Source: Pseudomonadota bacterium
GTDB taxonomy: Bacteria > Pseudomonadota > Alphaproteobacteria > UBA2136 > UBA6156
Direction of reading: 5' to 3'
Assembly (NCBI GenBank): GCA_016125035.1
Contig: WGMN01000016.1
Location: 1,554-65,553 of the forward strand
DNA length: 64,000 nt
Shown here in pieces: positions 50,436-59,947 of this stretch (its first letter is position 1; every line of letters begins with the position of its first letter). Both the position numbers and the translations under genes were made by a program. The notes beneath the pieces were generated by a model. That model saw only the letters and a list, made by a program, of their open reading frames with translations, did no database searches and was not told where the DNA came from.

Positions 50436-53096
50436 CTAGGCAATCGCCCCGCGCCCGGCCGCCAACCCCGCCGCCAGCTTGCCAGCCACACCACCGCCCA
50501 TCGCCAGCTCCGGCTTGCCGCCCCCGCGGCCGTCCATGGCACCACACGCGGCCTTCACAATGTCCCCGGCAGAGATCTTGCCGCTCACATCCTTGGTCAC
50601 CCCGGCCACAATGCTCGCCTTGCCATCCAGCTCACTGCCCAGCAAAACCACTCCGCTGCCCAGCTTGCCTTTCAGGTCCTCCACCGCCAGGCGCAACGCC
50701 TCGCCGTCGGCTCCCTTCACCTCGGCCACCACAAACTTGTAGCCCTTGCCGTCTTCGGCCTTGCCCAGCAGCGCGGCCACATCCACATTGCCGCCGGCCG
50801 CCGCTTTTTGCCCACCCTTGGCCGCCTTCTGCAAGGCCTCCACCCGTTCCACCACATCGGCAGGCTTGGCCTTCAACAGCCCGGCCACGGTCTTCACCAC
50901 AGTGGCATCAGCATTAAAGCTTGCCAGAGCCGCGCTGTGCGTCACCGCTTCAATGCGCCGTATCCCGGCCGCCACGCTGCTCTCCCCCACAATGCGCAGC
51001 AAGCCTATCTCTCCGGTCATGCCCACGTGCGTGCCTCCGCACAGGTCGGCGGTAATCAGTTCCACGCTGTCCGGGTTACCCATGTAAACCACGCGCACCT
51101 CGTCACCGTATTTTTCGCCAAACTGCGCCGTCGCCCCGCTCTTCACCGCTTCATCCTTGGCCAATATCCTCGTCACCACCGGCAGGTTCATCCAAATCCG
51201 CGCATTCACCCAGGCTTCCACCTTGGCCAGCTCTTCAGGCGTCACCGCCTTGGGGTGGCTGATGTCAAACCGCGTACCGGCATCATCCTGGCGGCTGCCG
51301 CGCTGTACCACATGGTTCCCCAAAATCTCACGCAACCCGGCAAACAGCAGGTGCGTGCCGCTGTGGTTGCGGGCAATGGCATCACGCCGCGCATCATCCA
51401 CCGCCAGCTCGGCATTTACGCCAACCTTCACGGTTCCTTTCTCCACCACACCATGGTGCACCCACACGCCGTCCAAAACCTTTTGCGTATCGTCCACCTC
51501 AAAGCTCCAACCTTCACCAGAGATACTCCCGGTATCCCCCACCTGTCCGCCGCTTTCGGCATAAAAGGGGCTCTGGCTGGTCACCACACGGCCTTTTTCT
51601 CCGGCCTTAAGGCTGTCCACCATCTTCAAGGCACTGCCCTCACCTGCCACCAGCGCACCTACCACCGCTTCGGCGTGGGTCACCTTGTAGCCCAAAAATT
51701 CGGTCTTCCCCACCTTCTCCTGCACGTCGTACCACACGTCGCTCAGCCCCTTGTCGCCGCTGCCCTTAAAGGCCGCGCGCGCGCGCTGCTTCTGCTCTTC
51801 CATGGCACTCTGGAAGCCCGCGTCGTTCACGCCAATCCCGCGCACCCGCAACGCATCCTGCGTCAGATCAAGGGGGAAGCCATAGGTGTCATAAAGCTTA
51901 AACGCCACCTCGCCTTCCAGCATGTCGCCACTCTTCATGCCTTTGGTTTCGCTTTCCAGCAGGCTCAACCCCTGCTTCAGCGTGCGGCCAAAACGCTCTT
52001 CTTCCATTTTAATCACATCCGTGGCCATCGCCGCGCCGCGCTGCAACTCGGGGTAGGCTTCGCCCATCACACCCACCAGTGTCGGCACCAGGGTGTTGAT
52101 GAACGGCTTGTCGCACCCCAGCAAATAGCCATGACGCATCGCCCGGCGCATAATCCGCCGCAGCACATAACCACGCCCTTCGTTGCTGGGCATCACGCCG
52201 TCCACCATCAAAAATGTCATCGCGCGCAAATGGTCGGCCACCACGCGCAGGCTGGCATCGCTGCCCTGGTCGCTGCCGTATTTAGCCCCGGTGGCATGGC
52301 TCGCCGCGCCAATAATGGTCTGGAACACATCGGTGTCATAGTTACTGTAAACCCCTTGCACCGCGGTCATCACCCGCTCCAGCCCGGCGCCTGTGTCAAT
52401 GTTCTTGGCCTTCAAGGGCACCTTGCTGCCGTCCGGCTGCAGGTCAAACTGGGTGAACACGTGGTTCCAAATTTCCATCCAGCGGTCGCCGTCTTCCTCA
52501 GGCGTGCCCGGTCGGCCGCCCGCCACCTTTTTGCCGCTGGGGTCCAGGTCGTAGAAGATCTCACTGCACGGTCCGCACGGGCCGGTGTCGCCCATGGTCC
52601 AAAAGTTGTCGCTGCTGGCAATGCGGATGATATCCTTCTCCGCCATCCCAATGCTCTTCCAAATTTTCACCGCCTCATCGTCATCGTGGTACACGGTCAC
52701 GCACATCCGCGCCGGGTCCAGGCCCAGGGTCTTGGTCACCCATTCCCAGCCCCACTCCAGGCTCTGCTGCTTAAAATAGTCACCAAAGGAAAAGTTCCCC
52801 AGCATCTCAAAAAAGGTGTGGTGCCGCGCGGTGTACCCCACATTCTCCAAATCGTTGTGCTTGCCTCCGGCACGCACGCAACGCTGCACACTCACCGCAC
52901 GCTTCAGCCGCGTGTCCACGCCGGTGAAGTTGTTCTTAAACTGCACCATCCCGCTGTTGGTGAACATCAAGGTCGGGTCATTGTCCGGCACCAAACTGCT
53001 GCTCGGCACCACCACGTGGCCCTTGCTGGCGTAATGCTCCAAAAAGCTCCGCCGGATCTCCGCCCCCGTCATCATCGTCTTAGCCATCACCATCAA
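50436..53096 (-). CDS. alaS: alanine--tRNA ligase
   Basis: 886 aa. N-terminal class II core (FTNSGMVQFK), editing-domain motifs HSGTHLL and CGGTHV, and a C-terminal DHHA1-type domain. Confidence 0.95.
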   Translation of the reverse strand: MMVMAKTMMTGAEIRRSFLEHYASKGHVVVPSSSLVPDNDPTLMFTNSGMVQFKNNFTGVDTRLKRAVSVQRCVRAGGKHNDLENVGYTARHHTFFEMLGNFSFGDYFKQQSLEWGWEWVTKTLGLDPARMCVTVYHDDDEAVKIWKSIGMAEKDIIRIASSDNFWTMGDTGPCGPCSEIFYDLDPSGKKVAGGRPGTPEEDGDRWMEIWNHVFTQFDLQPDGSKVPLKAKNIDTGAGLERVMTAVQGVYSNYDTDVFQTIIGAASHATGAKYGSDQGSDASLRVVADHLRAMTFLMVDGVMPSNEGRGYVLRRIMRRAMRHGYLLGCDKPFINTLVPTLVGVMGEAYPELQRGAAMATDVIKMEEERFGRTLKQGLSLLESETKGMKSGDMLEGEVAFKLYDTYGFPLDLTQDALRVRGIGVNDAGFQSAMEEQKQRARAAFKGSGDKGLSDVWYDVQEKVGKTEFLGYKVTHAEAVVGALVAGEGSALKMVDSLKAGEKGRVVTSQSPFYAESGGQVGDTGSISGEGWSFEVDDTQKVLDGVWVHHGVVEKGTVKVGVNAELAVDDARRDAIARNHSGTHLLFAGLREILGNHVVQRGSRQDDAGTRFDISHPKAVTPEELAKVEAWVNARIWMNLPVVTRILAKDEAVKSGATAQFGEKYGDEVRVVYMGNPDSVELITADLCGGTHVGMTGEIGLLRIVGESSVAAGIRRIEAVTHSAALASFNADATVVKTVAGLLKAKPADVVERVEALQKAAKGGQKAAAGGNVDVAALLGKAEDGKGYKFVVAEVKGADGEALRLAVEDLKGKLGSGVVLLGSELDGKASIVAGVTKDVSGKISAGDIVKAACGAMDGRGGGKPELAMGGGVAGKLAAGLAAGRGAIA

Positions 53097-53388
53097 TCCT
53101 TTTTTCTATAACCTGAAACCTCTTACCTGCCACCCCGCCCCCGGCTCTTTCTTTACCACCAGCAGAGGGGAAAAACCATGAAATGCCGCTCAAGCGGCAG
53201 CCGTAGCGCACATAGCTCGGGCGTTCATCATGCGGGCACTCTAACGCGGCGCAGGCTTGGTGGCAACGGCAAATCGGCCTATCCCGCCCTCCCACAGATC
53301 ACCCCCTTAAAGGGTTGCCATCTTCTCCCCACGCCCCTATACCCTACTCTCAACACCCAATGACACCCAACCCGAAAGGATTGACGTC

Positions 53389-53556
53389 ATGAACCAACCA
53401 CTCGCGTTTCGCCAACCCAAGCCGCCCAAGCCGGCACCATCATCCGGCAATGGCTCCAACCATCGTGGCCCTTCTTGCCAACAGGAAGAGCCCGATGAGA
53501 CGCTTCCCCGCTCCAGCGAACCCTGGCCGGGCGAACCTGTCCCCGCCCGCTGCTAG
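53389..53556 (+). CDS. possible small Pro-rich ORF (55 aa), below the ORF-track cutoff
   Basis: ATG at 53389 with AAAGGA upstream. Sequence MNQPLAFRQPKPPKPAPSSGNG...PVPARC*. A terminator hairpin lies 22 nt downstream. Coding status is uncertain. Confidence 0.25.
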   Translation: MNQPLAFRQPKPPKPAPSSGNGSNHRGPSCQQEEPDETLPRSSEPWPGEPVPARC

Positions 53557-53577
53557 CCGGGCCCACGGTTTCAAAAG

Positions 53578-53602
53578 ACGGGCGGCCCCAGGCCGCCCGT
53601 TT
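53578..53602 (+). terminator. intrinsic terminator-like hairpin
   Basis: acgggcggcc-cca-ggccgcccgt followed by tt. Confidence 0.5.
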
Positions 53603-53708
53603 GCGCATTCCTGCCGCCGCCGCAGCAGCGTTTCGCCGTTTTTTGCCACTTCATCGCAGCCTCTCCGCCGCTTTCTGCCGCCTGGCGGCAAGTCGCATCA
53701 TTGATACA

Positions 53709-54206
53709 TCAACGCGTTGGCAAGCCCTGCTGCAGCGCTTTTTCCAGCGTGGCCCGCGTCTTTTCCAGGTACATCGTGCAGTAGTCCGCTTCATCCAGCC
53801 GCGCCACTGCCTCGGCCCGGCTGGCAATTCCGGTCCCCGGCAGGTCAAAGCCTTTCCCATCGTGCAAGTTGTTCAAAAGCGTAATCTTTTTGCGGTTATA
53901 TTCCTGCACCAGCCCCCAACTGAAGATCTTCCTGTCCACCATCCCCAACGCCTCGGCCGGGCTCATCGCACACTTGGCCTCGGGCATGCAGCCCGTCGCC
54001 TCGCCGGTCTCCAGCCGCCCTTTGTTCTGCGTAAGCTTAGACATTTCAGCCACATAACCAGGCTCCTTCGCATCCGCACTTATCGCCACCCCGCCCTTCA
54101 GCCAGCACCGCGCCTCGCCAAAACCCCAATTCACCCACGCCGGTTCAACCAGGTAGGTGTAGGCCGCACCTCCCGCAATCACCAGCAGCCCCACACTTTT
54201 AAACAC
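53709..54206 (-). CDS. hypothetical membrane-anchored protein
   Basis: 165 aa with an N-terminal transmembrane helix. Starts 2 nt after the glycosyltransferase stop. Confidence 0.5.
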   Translation of the reverse strand: MFKSVGLLVIAGGAAYTYLVEPAWVNWGFGEARCWLKGGVAISADAKEPGYVAEMSKLTQNKGRLETGEATGCMPEAKCAMSPAEALGMVDRKIFSWGLVQEYNRKKITLLNNLHDGKGFDLPGTGIASRAEAVARLDEADYCTMYLEKTRATLEKALQQGLPTR

Positions 54207-54208
54207 CG

Positions 54209-55255
54209 CTACAGCCCCCGCGCCTTCATCACTTTTGTGTAAAACTCCAGTATCTTATCGCGTGCCTTGTCCAGCGTGAAGGCGCTCATGTCATACTCCA
54301 CCCTGTGTCGCCCCTTGGCAAATTCGTCACGCAAAGCGCTGGTCATTCCGGCCAGTTTGCCCTTCTCCACCCAGCGCACCGGGTGCCCCTGCAAATACTC
54401 GCTGGGCCCCTCGCTGCGGCTGCAGATCAGCGGCAAACCGGCATCCATCGCCTCCAAAATACTCAACCCGAAGGGCTCATACCGCGCAGCACTCACATAC
54501 ACATCAAACCCGGCGTAATAAGGCCCAATTTCCGCCACATTCCCCGCCAGCACAATCCGCCGGTCACCCTCACACAGTGCCTCCAAATCCTTGCGCTGGT
54601 CTCCTTCTCCGGCAATCACCAGCCGCACATCCTCGCCCTTGTTAAAAGCCTGGCGGAACGCCCGCACCAACACATCCATACCCTTGTTGGAATGCAACCG
54701 CCCCACACTGCCAAACACCACGGTTTCCTTGCCGCAATCCAGCTTCTTGCGTAGCGCCTTGCCATCTGCCTTGGTGCCAATTTCCGGCAGCCAGTTCCAC
54801 ACCACCCGCATCATGCCGCGGTAGGCGTGCGGCACTTCCTTCCTCTGCCACCCGGCAATGCAGATCAACCCATCGCTCCCCATCATCTCCTTGTCTTTCC
54901 AGCGCAAATGCAGCGTCACCACCCATGGCAGCTTCAGCTTTTTGGCCACCCGGCCGACGCGCACATTGGCCCGCCCCAAATGGGTGTGAACCATCTGCGG
55001 CACAAACCCGCGCATAAACTTCTCGATAACCCACTGTTCCATAAAGCCCGGAACCCACCACGGCACACACAAAACCTCCGCCGGCGCCGCCTCTGCCCGC
55101 CACCTGGCCACCCTCGTTCCTCGTTCCTGGTTCCTCGTTCCTTTTATTACCACCCGCACATCCATCCCCGCCCGCGCCTGCGCCCGCGCCAAACTGGCGC
55201 AATAGCGCTCACTGCCAAAAAAAGCCTTACTCAGGTGGGCGTGGAGAACTTTCAT
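54209..55255 (-). CDS. glycosyltransferase, GT4 (GT-B fold) family
   Basis: Start at MKVLHAHLSK. C-terminal EPFGLSILEAMDAGLPLI motif. The ORF extends to 55345. Confidence 0.8.
   Translation of the reverse strand: MKVLHAHLSKAFFGSERYCASLARAQARAGMDVRVVIKGTRNQERGTRVARWRAEAAPAEVLCVPWWVPGFMEQWVIEKFMRGFVPQMVHTHLGRANVRVGRVAKKLKLPWVVTLHLRWKDKEMMGSDGLICIAGWQRKEVPHAYRGMMRVVWNWLPEIGTKADGKALRKKLDCGKETVVFGSVGRLHSNKGMDVLVRAFRQAFNKGEDVRLVIAGEGDQRKDLEALCEGDRRIVLAGNVAEIGPYYAGFDVYVSAARYEPFGLSILEAMDAGLPLICSRSEGPSEYLQGHPVRWVEKGKLAGMTSALRDEFAKGRHRVEYDMSAFTLDKARDKILEFYTKVMKARGL
55112..55142. repeat. heptamer tandem repeat CCTCGTT/CCTGGTT x4, in frame in the glycosyltransferase
   Basis: cctcgttcctcgttcctggttcctcgttcct encodes KGTRNQERGTRV. 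Confidence 0.9.
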
Positions 55256-55262
55256 ACCGGGG

Positions 55263-56390
55263 CTAAACTTGCCCCACCCGCCGCTTTTCCACAAGCTCCG
55301 CATAATACCTATCCGCATGGAAGCTGCTGCGCACCAGCGCCCCACTCGCCACCATAAGGAATCCCTTCAGCTTCGCCTGCTCCTCATAATAGGTAAACAC
55401 CTCCGGCTCCACATATTCCATCACCGGGTAGTGCTGCAAACTCGGCCGCAGATATTGCCCGATGGTCAAAAAGTCCACCCCCGCCGCGCGCAAGTCATCC
55501 ATCACCTGCAACACTTCGTCTTGGGTTTCGCCCAACCCCACCATCAGCCCACTCTTGGTGAACATCGGCGCGCCCAGCTCCGCCGCCTGCTCCTTCACCC
55601 GTTGCAACAGCCGCAGGCTGCCAAAGTACCTCGCGCCCGGCCGCACGGTGCGGTAAAGCCTCGGCACCGTCTCCAAATTATGGTTGTAAACATCCGGCCG
55701 CGCGGCCACCACCGCATCAATGCACTCCTCGCGGCGGCGGAAGTCCGGCGTCAAGATCTCCACCGTCGTCCCCGGCGCCTTGTCCCTTATAGCCGCAATG
55801 CACGCCGCCCAGTGCCCCGTCCCGCTATCAGGCAAATCATCACGGTCCACACTGGTGATAACCATGTGCTTCAGCCCCAGCTCCGCCGCCATCTGCGCCA
55901 GGCTCTCCGGCTCATGCGGGTTCACCTCGTTGGGCTTGCCGGTCTTGATGTTGCAGAACGCACACCCCCGCGTGCAGGTATCGCCCAGGATCATCACCGT
56001 CAGGTGCCCACTCGCCCAGCAATCCCCAATGTTCGGGCAAGCCGCCTCCTCGCACACCGTGTGCAGTTTCTTCTCCCGCACCCGCTCCACCAGCTCAAAA
56101 TATTTGGGGCTTGTCGGCGCCTTCACCCGCAGCCACTCCGGCTTGCCGCTCATGTGCTTAATGCCGCCCTCAACCTCTTCCGCGCGCCCACCACCGCCGC
56201 GCAAGCCGCTAATGCGCTTCCCCTCCAGCTCCTTCAATTTCTCCTCGCGATACAAACTGAAGGCCTTCTTCGGCGCATCCGGCACCGCCTCATACCCCAG
56301 CTCCGCCACCCCATCGGTGGGGATGCCTTCACGCTCCAGCTCAGCCCGCACCGCCTGGCGGTCATCACTCAACGTAATCTGTACCTTCAA
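55263..56390 (-). CDS. lipA: lipoyl synthase (with an N-terminal extension of about 50-80 aa if the long start is used)
   Basis: Radical-SAM motifs [13 protein letters not shown] and CTRGCAFC. The canonical [10 protein letters not shown] begins at residue 83. An alternative start is M80 (56153). Confidence 0.9.
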   Translation of the reverse strand: MKVQITLSDDRQAVRAELEREGIPTDGVAELGYEAVPDAPKKAFSLYREEKLKELEGKRISGLRGGGGRAEEVEGGIKHMSGKPEWLRVKAPTSPKYFELVERVREKKLHTVCEEAACPNIGDCWASGHLTVMILGDTCTRGCAFCNIKTGKPNEVNPHEPESLAQMAAELGLKHMVITSVDRDDLPDSGTGHWAACIAAIRDKAPGTTVEILTPDFRRREECIDAVVAARPDVYNHNLETVPRLYRTVRPGARYFGSLRLLQRVKEQAAELGAPMFTKSGLMVGLGETQDEVLQVMDDLRAAGVDFLTIGQYLRPSLQHYPVMEYVEPEVFTYYEEQAKLKGFLMVASGALVRSSFHADRYYAELVEKRRVGQV

Positions 56391-56393
56391 AAT

Positions 56394-56759
56394 TTAGCCC
56401 CGCCTTTTTTCAAGCAACCCAAAGATCATCTGGCAAACCCTGGAATATTCCTCACGTAATTCCACCACTGTCTCTTTTTCAAGATATTCCAGTTTTTCCA
56501 TAAATGACAGCCAAACCCTGGTCTCTTCCGCGCTTCCCAACGCTATCGAGAGGAATTTACGCTCATCCGCCAGGCTCATATGCTTGCTTAAACCTTCGGC
56601 CAGATTTGCGCATATCCCCTTGCTGCTGCGACGTATCTGGTCGGCCAAGCCACCATACTGCTCAACCTTTGGAAGTGGTTCGGCAAGCTTATGCACACGT
56701 AAGGCCAGACTAAAAGCCAACTTATAAACATCCAGGTCTTCATAGCTTTTAATTGTCAT
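56394..56759 (-). CDS. four-helix-bundle protein (23S rRNA intervening-sequence protein / Avd-like family), second copy
   Basis: 121 aa. YEDLDVYKLAFSLALRVHKLAEPLP...EQYGGLADQIRRSSKGICANLAEGLSK. About 45% identical to the 26706..27077 product by eye. Inserted between lpdA and lipA. Confidence 0.8.
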   Translation of the reverse strand: MTIKSYEDLDVYKLAFSLALRVHKLAEPLPKVEQYGGLADQIRRSSKGICANLAEGLSKHMSLADERKFLSIALGSAEETRVWLSFMEKLEYLEKETVVELREEYSRVCQMIFGLLEKRRG

Positions 56760-56769
56760 CCCGCCCCCC

Positions 56770-56804
56770 CGAACACCGATAACCGATTACCGAACACCGC
56801 TTAC
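56770..56804. repeat. degenerate heptamer tandem repeat CGAACAC/CGATAAC/CGATTAC x5, intergenic
   Basis: cgaacaccgataaccgattaccgaacaccgcttac overlaps the lpdA stop and ends 10 nt upstream of the four-helix-bundle start. Confidence 0.8.
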
Positions 56805-58192
56805 CCATTCAACGCCTTCCCATCCGCAGCCAAAGCTGCCTCGCCCATCATCTCACTCAGCGTCGGGTGCGGCAAACAAACCGTTTGCAAGTCCTGCTCC
56901 ACCGCCTCCATATGCCGTCCCAGAACGAACGTGCTGATCATCTCAGTCGCCTCCGCCCCAATCATATGCGCCCCCAGCAATTCACCGGTCCTGGCATCAA
57001 ACACCACCTTCACCATCCCGTTCGGCTCACCCAGTGCAATCGCCTTGCCGTTGGCCTGGTAGCTGTATCTTCCCACCTTCACCTCATGGCCTTTGGCCTT
57101 CGCGGCAGCCTCGGTCAACCCGGTGCTGGCCACCTGCGGCGTGCAGTAGGTGCAGCCGGGGATGTTATCATAACGCATGGCATGTGGCTCATGGTTGCCC
57201 TTGCCCGCCGCAAACGCCATGTGCTCGGCGGCGATCACCCCCTCGTGGCTGGCCACGTGCGCCAGCCACGGCGCGCCGATCACATCGCCAATGGCATAAA
57301 CATTCGGGCAGGCCGTGCGGTACATCTTGTCCACCTTCACCATGCCTTTTTCCGGGAACACCTTCAGCCCCTCCAGCCCCAAACCCTCAACATTCCCACT
57401 CACCCCAATGGCCAAAATCGCCCGGGAAAAAGAACGCTTCTTCCCATCAATAACCACCGTCACCTGAGACCCTGAGACCCTGAGATCCTGACATCCTTTC
57501 CCCACCACAATCTCAATCCCAAACCCCTCCAGCTCCTTCTTGAGCAGCTTGGAAATCTCCTCATCCTCCGCCGGAACAATCCGCTCCTGCGCCTCCACCA
57601 GCGTCACCTTGCAGCCCAGCGCGTTATAAAAGCTCGCAAACTCCACCCCAATGGCACCGCCGCCAATCACCAGCAAATCCTTCGGTAAAGCCTTCGGCAC
57701 CATCGCCTCCCTGGCGGTCCAGATGTACTCCCCATCCGCCTCCAGCACACCCTTGATCTGCTTGGCACGCGCCCCCGTGGCCACCACCGCATACTTAAAC
57801 GCCACGCGCTTGCCACCCACCTCCAATTCCGTATCGCTCACAAACTTGGCGGTGCCTCGCACCACTTCCACCTTATTCTTCTTCATCAAAAATTCCACGC
57901 CTTTGCTCAGCTTGCCCGCCACCTCACGGCTGCGCTCGATCACCCGCGCAAAATCGATCTTGGTGATCTTCGCCTCAAAGCCAAAATCCGCCGCATGCTC
58001 AATGGTGCGCTTCACCTCACCCGCCTTCAGCAGCGCCTTGGTGGGGATGCACCCCCAGTTCAAGCAAACGCCCCCCAGCGCATCCTTCTCCACCACCGCC
58101 ACCTTAAACCCCAGCTGCGCCGCGCGGATGGCACAAACATACCCCCCCGGGCCGGCACCCACCACCACCACATCAAACGTCATATCAGCCAT
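56801..58192 (-). CDS. lpdA: dihydrolipoyl dehydrogenase (E3)
   Basis: Start at MADMTFDVVVVGAGPGGY with a GGAGAA Shine-Dalgarno. Redox-active CLNWGCIPTK and C-terminal HPTLSE. Confidence 0.92.
   Translation of the reverse strand: MADMTFDVVVVGAGPGGYVCAIRAAQLGFKVAVVEKDALGGVCLNWGCIPTKALLKAGEVKRTIEHAADFGFEAKITKIDFARVIERSREVAGKLSKGVEFLMKKNKVEVVRGTAKFVSDTELEVGGKRVAFKYAVVATGARAKQIKGVLEADGEYIWTAREAMVPKALPKDLLVIGGGAIGVEFASFYNALGCKVTLVEAQERIVPAEDEEISKLLKKELEGFGIEIVVGKGCQDLRVSGSQVTVVIDGKKRSFSRAILAIGVSGNVEGLGLEGLKVFPEKGMVKVDKMYRTACPNVYAIGDVIGAPWLAHVASHEGVIAAEHMAFAAGKGNHEPHAMRYDNIPGCTYCTPQVASTGLTEAAAKAKGHEVKVGRYSYQANGKAIALGEPNGMVKVVFDARTGELLGAHMIGAEATEMISTFVLGRHMEAVEQDLQTVCLPHPTLSEMMGEAALAADGKALNG
57463..57496. 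repeat. octamer tandem repeat CCTGAGAC-type x4, in frame in lpdA
   Basis: cctgagaccctgagaccctgagatcctgacatcc encodes CQDLRVSGSQVT. Confidence 0.9.
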
Positions 58193-58682
58193 TGTTTTTT
58201 CTCCATTCCAGATAAACCTTGATTGCATCCGCAAAGCCAAAAGAGAGCAGGTAGGGGAACTCTTCCACCAGCTTCTTCACGTCTTCTACTTTTTTAAACT
58301 CGATAACATTCATTTCCTGCTTATCAAAAGCAGGGATCACATCGCTATATCCTCTAAAAATCACCACACGGCCATAATCCCCATGCATTTCAAACATGGC
58401 TTCCAGCGGCACATCAAGCCCAAGCTCTTCTTTCAACTCACGCGCCGCACAGGTTGCATAATCTTCACCAGAGCTCACATGCCCGGCACATGCCGTATCC
58501 AGCAGGTTGGGGCGGATCCTCCTCCCCGCCGCACGCTGCCCCACCAGCAGTTCACCTTTGCTGTTAAAAATCCACACCTGCGCATACTTCAGCATTTTTC
58601 CTTGCCGTATGGCTTCCATACGCTCCAGAACTTCCCCCGTCCTGGCGCCTGTAGCGTCGATAATATCCACCATCTCATCCAT
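58185..58682 (-). CDS. NUDIX hydrolase
   Basis: 165 aa with Nudix box GHVSSGEDYATCAARELKEELGL. Its stop overlaps the lpdA start by 8 nt. Confidence 0.8.
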   Translation of the reverse strand: MDEMVDIIDATGARTGEVLERMEAIRQGKMLKYAQVWIFNSKGELLVGQRAAGRRIRPNLLDTACAGHVSSGEDYATCAARELKEELGLDVPLEAMFEMHGDYGRVVIFRGYSDVIPAFDKQEMNVIEFKKVEDVKKLVEEFPYLLSFGFADAIKVYLEWRKNNG

Positions 58683-58687
58683 AGCGT

Positions 58688-59935
58688 TTACCCCACCATG
58701 CTTTTCGGTTGTTCCAAATACCCCACAATCGCGCCCAAAAGTTCCGCCCCCAGTGCCCCATCAATCACCCGATGGTCCACACTCAACGTCAACTTCATCA
58801 TGCCATCCCGCCCCGTCGCGCCCACCGCCAGAATCGCCGCCTGCGGAGGATTGATAATCGCAGAAAATTCCTCAATCCCATACATCCCCAAATTGGAAAT
58901 GCTAAAGCTCCCGCCCTCATACTGCGCAGGCTTCAGCTTGCCCGCGCGCGCATCCGCCGCCAGCTGCTTCACCTCGCCACTGATCTCCCCCAACCCCTTG
59001 GCATCGGCGTTGAACACGATCGGCGTCACCAACCCGCCCTCAATTGCCACCGCCACGCTAATGTCCACGTTACCGTAAGTGGTCACCTCGCCACCCTCTC
59101 CCCAACTGGCGTTGGCCATGGGGAAGTCCCGCAGCGCCAACCCGCACGCCTTCACAATAAAATCATTCACCGTCAGCTTCTGCCCACTCGCCGCCAGCAT
59201 CTCGTTCAGCTCAGCCCGCGCATCCATCAAACGCCGCATATCGGCACTGCGCGTCAAATAGAAATGCGGCACCGTCTGCTTGCTCTGCAACAACCGCGCG
59301 GCGATCGCCCTGCGCATCGGCGCCACCTTCTCCACCCGGTCACTCCCCCGCACCGCGCCAGAACCCGCCAGCAACGCCATCAGCGGATGCCCCCCACCCC
59401 CGCCACTGCGCTTCACATCCGCCGCCACCACGCGCCCCTGCGGCCCGCTGCCGCGCACCAGCGCCAAATTCACCCCACTGTCCGCCGCCAAACGCTTCGC
59501 CAAGGGGGAAGCCTTCACCCGCCCACTCCCCACCACCGGTCTGATTTCTGATTTCTGATTTCTGATTTCTTTTTTCACCGGCACCACCACAGGCGCAACC
59601 GTCACCACCGGCGCCGCCTTCGGCTCCTCTTTCTTCACCTCAACCTTCTTCTCCGCCACCTTGCCCTTGGGCTTGTAATCCGCAGCCACCTTCTCATCCT
59701 TGCCGCGCAACACCGCAATAGGCGCACCCACCGGCAAGTCCGCCCCCGGCTGGCCGATGATCATATGCAAAATCCCATCATCAGAAGCCTCAACTTCCAT
59801 CGTCGCCTTATCCGTCTCCACCTCCGCGATCACATCGCCAGCACTAATCTTATCGCCCTCTTTCCTGGTCCACTTGGCCAAACGCCCCTCGGTCATGGTG
59901 GGGCTAAGCTGCGGCATCAACACATCAATCGGCAT
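58688..59935 (-). CDS. pdhC: pyruvate dehydrogenase complex dihydrolipoyllysine-residue acetyltransferase (E2)
   Basis: Lipoyl domain (VETDKATMEVE), E3-binding domain (SPLAKRLA) and catalytic domain (SVDHRVIDGA). Confidence 0.9.
   Translation of the reverse strand: MPIDVLMPQLSPTMTEGRLAKWTRKEGDKISAGDVIAEVETDKATMEVEASDDGILHMIIGQPGADLPVGAPIAVLRGKDEKVAADYKPKGKVAEKKVEVKKEEPKAAPVVTVAPVVVPVKKEIRNQKSEIRPVVGSGRVKASPLAKRLAADSGVNLALVRGSGPQGRVVAADVKRSGGGGGHPLMALLAGSGAVRGSDRVEKVAPMRRAIAARLLQSKQTVPHFYLTRSADMRRLMDARAELNEMLAASGQKLTVNDFIVKACGLALRDFPMANASWGEGGEVTTYGNVDISVAVAIEGGLVTPIVFNADAKGLGEISGEVKQLAADARAGKLKPAQYEGGSFSISNLGMYGIEEFSAIINPPQAAILAVGATGRDGMMKLTLSVDHRVIDGALGAELLGAIVGYLEQPKSMVG
59541..59570. repeat. 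heptamer tandem repeat CTGATTT x4 (coding sense AAATCAG), in frame in the pdhC interdomain linker
   Basis: ctgatttctgatttctgatttctgatttct encodes KKEIRNQKSEIRP between the lipoyl and E3-binding domains. Confidence 0.9.
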
Positions 59936-59947
59936 TATCGTTTCTCC

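Noticed and set aside
50247-53111. 954-aa plus-strand ORF, and similar long antisense ORFs (20149..21675, 37888..39459, 41036..42775, 49007..50917, 55269..56459).
   Set aside because: All lie exactly antisense to well-supported housekeeping genes (alaS, gltA, glmM, ftsH, lipA and others). Their His/Arg/Pro/Gly-rich composition is characteristic of the reverse frame of GC-rich genes.
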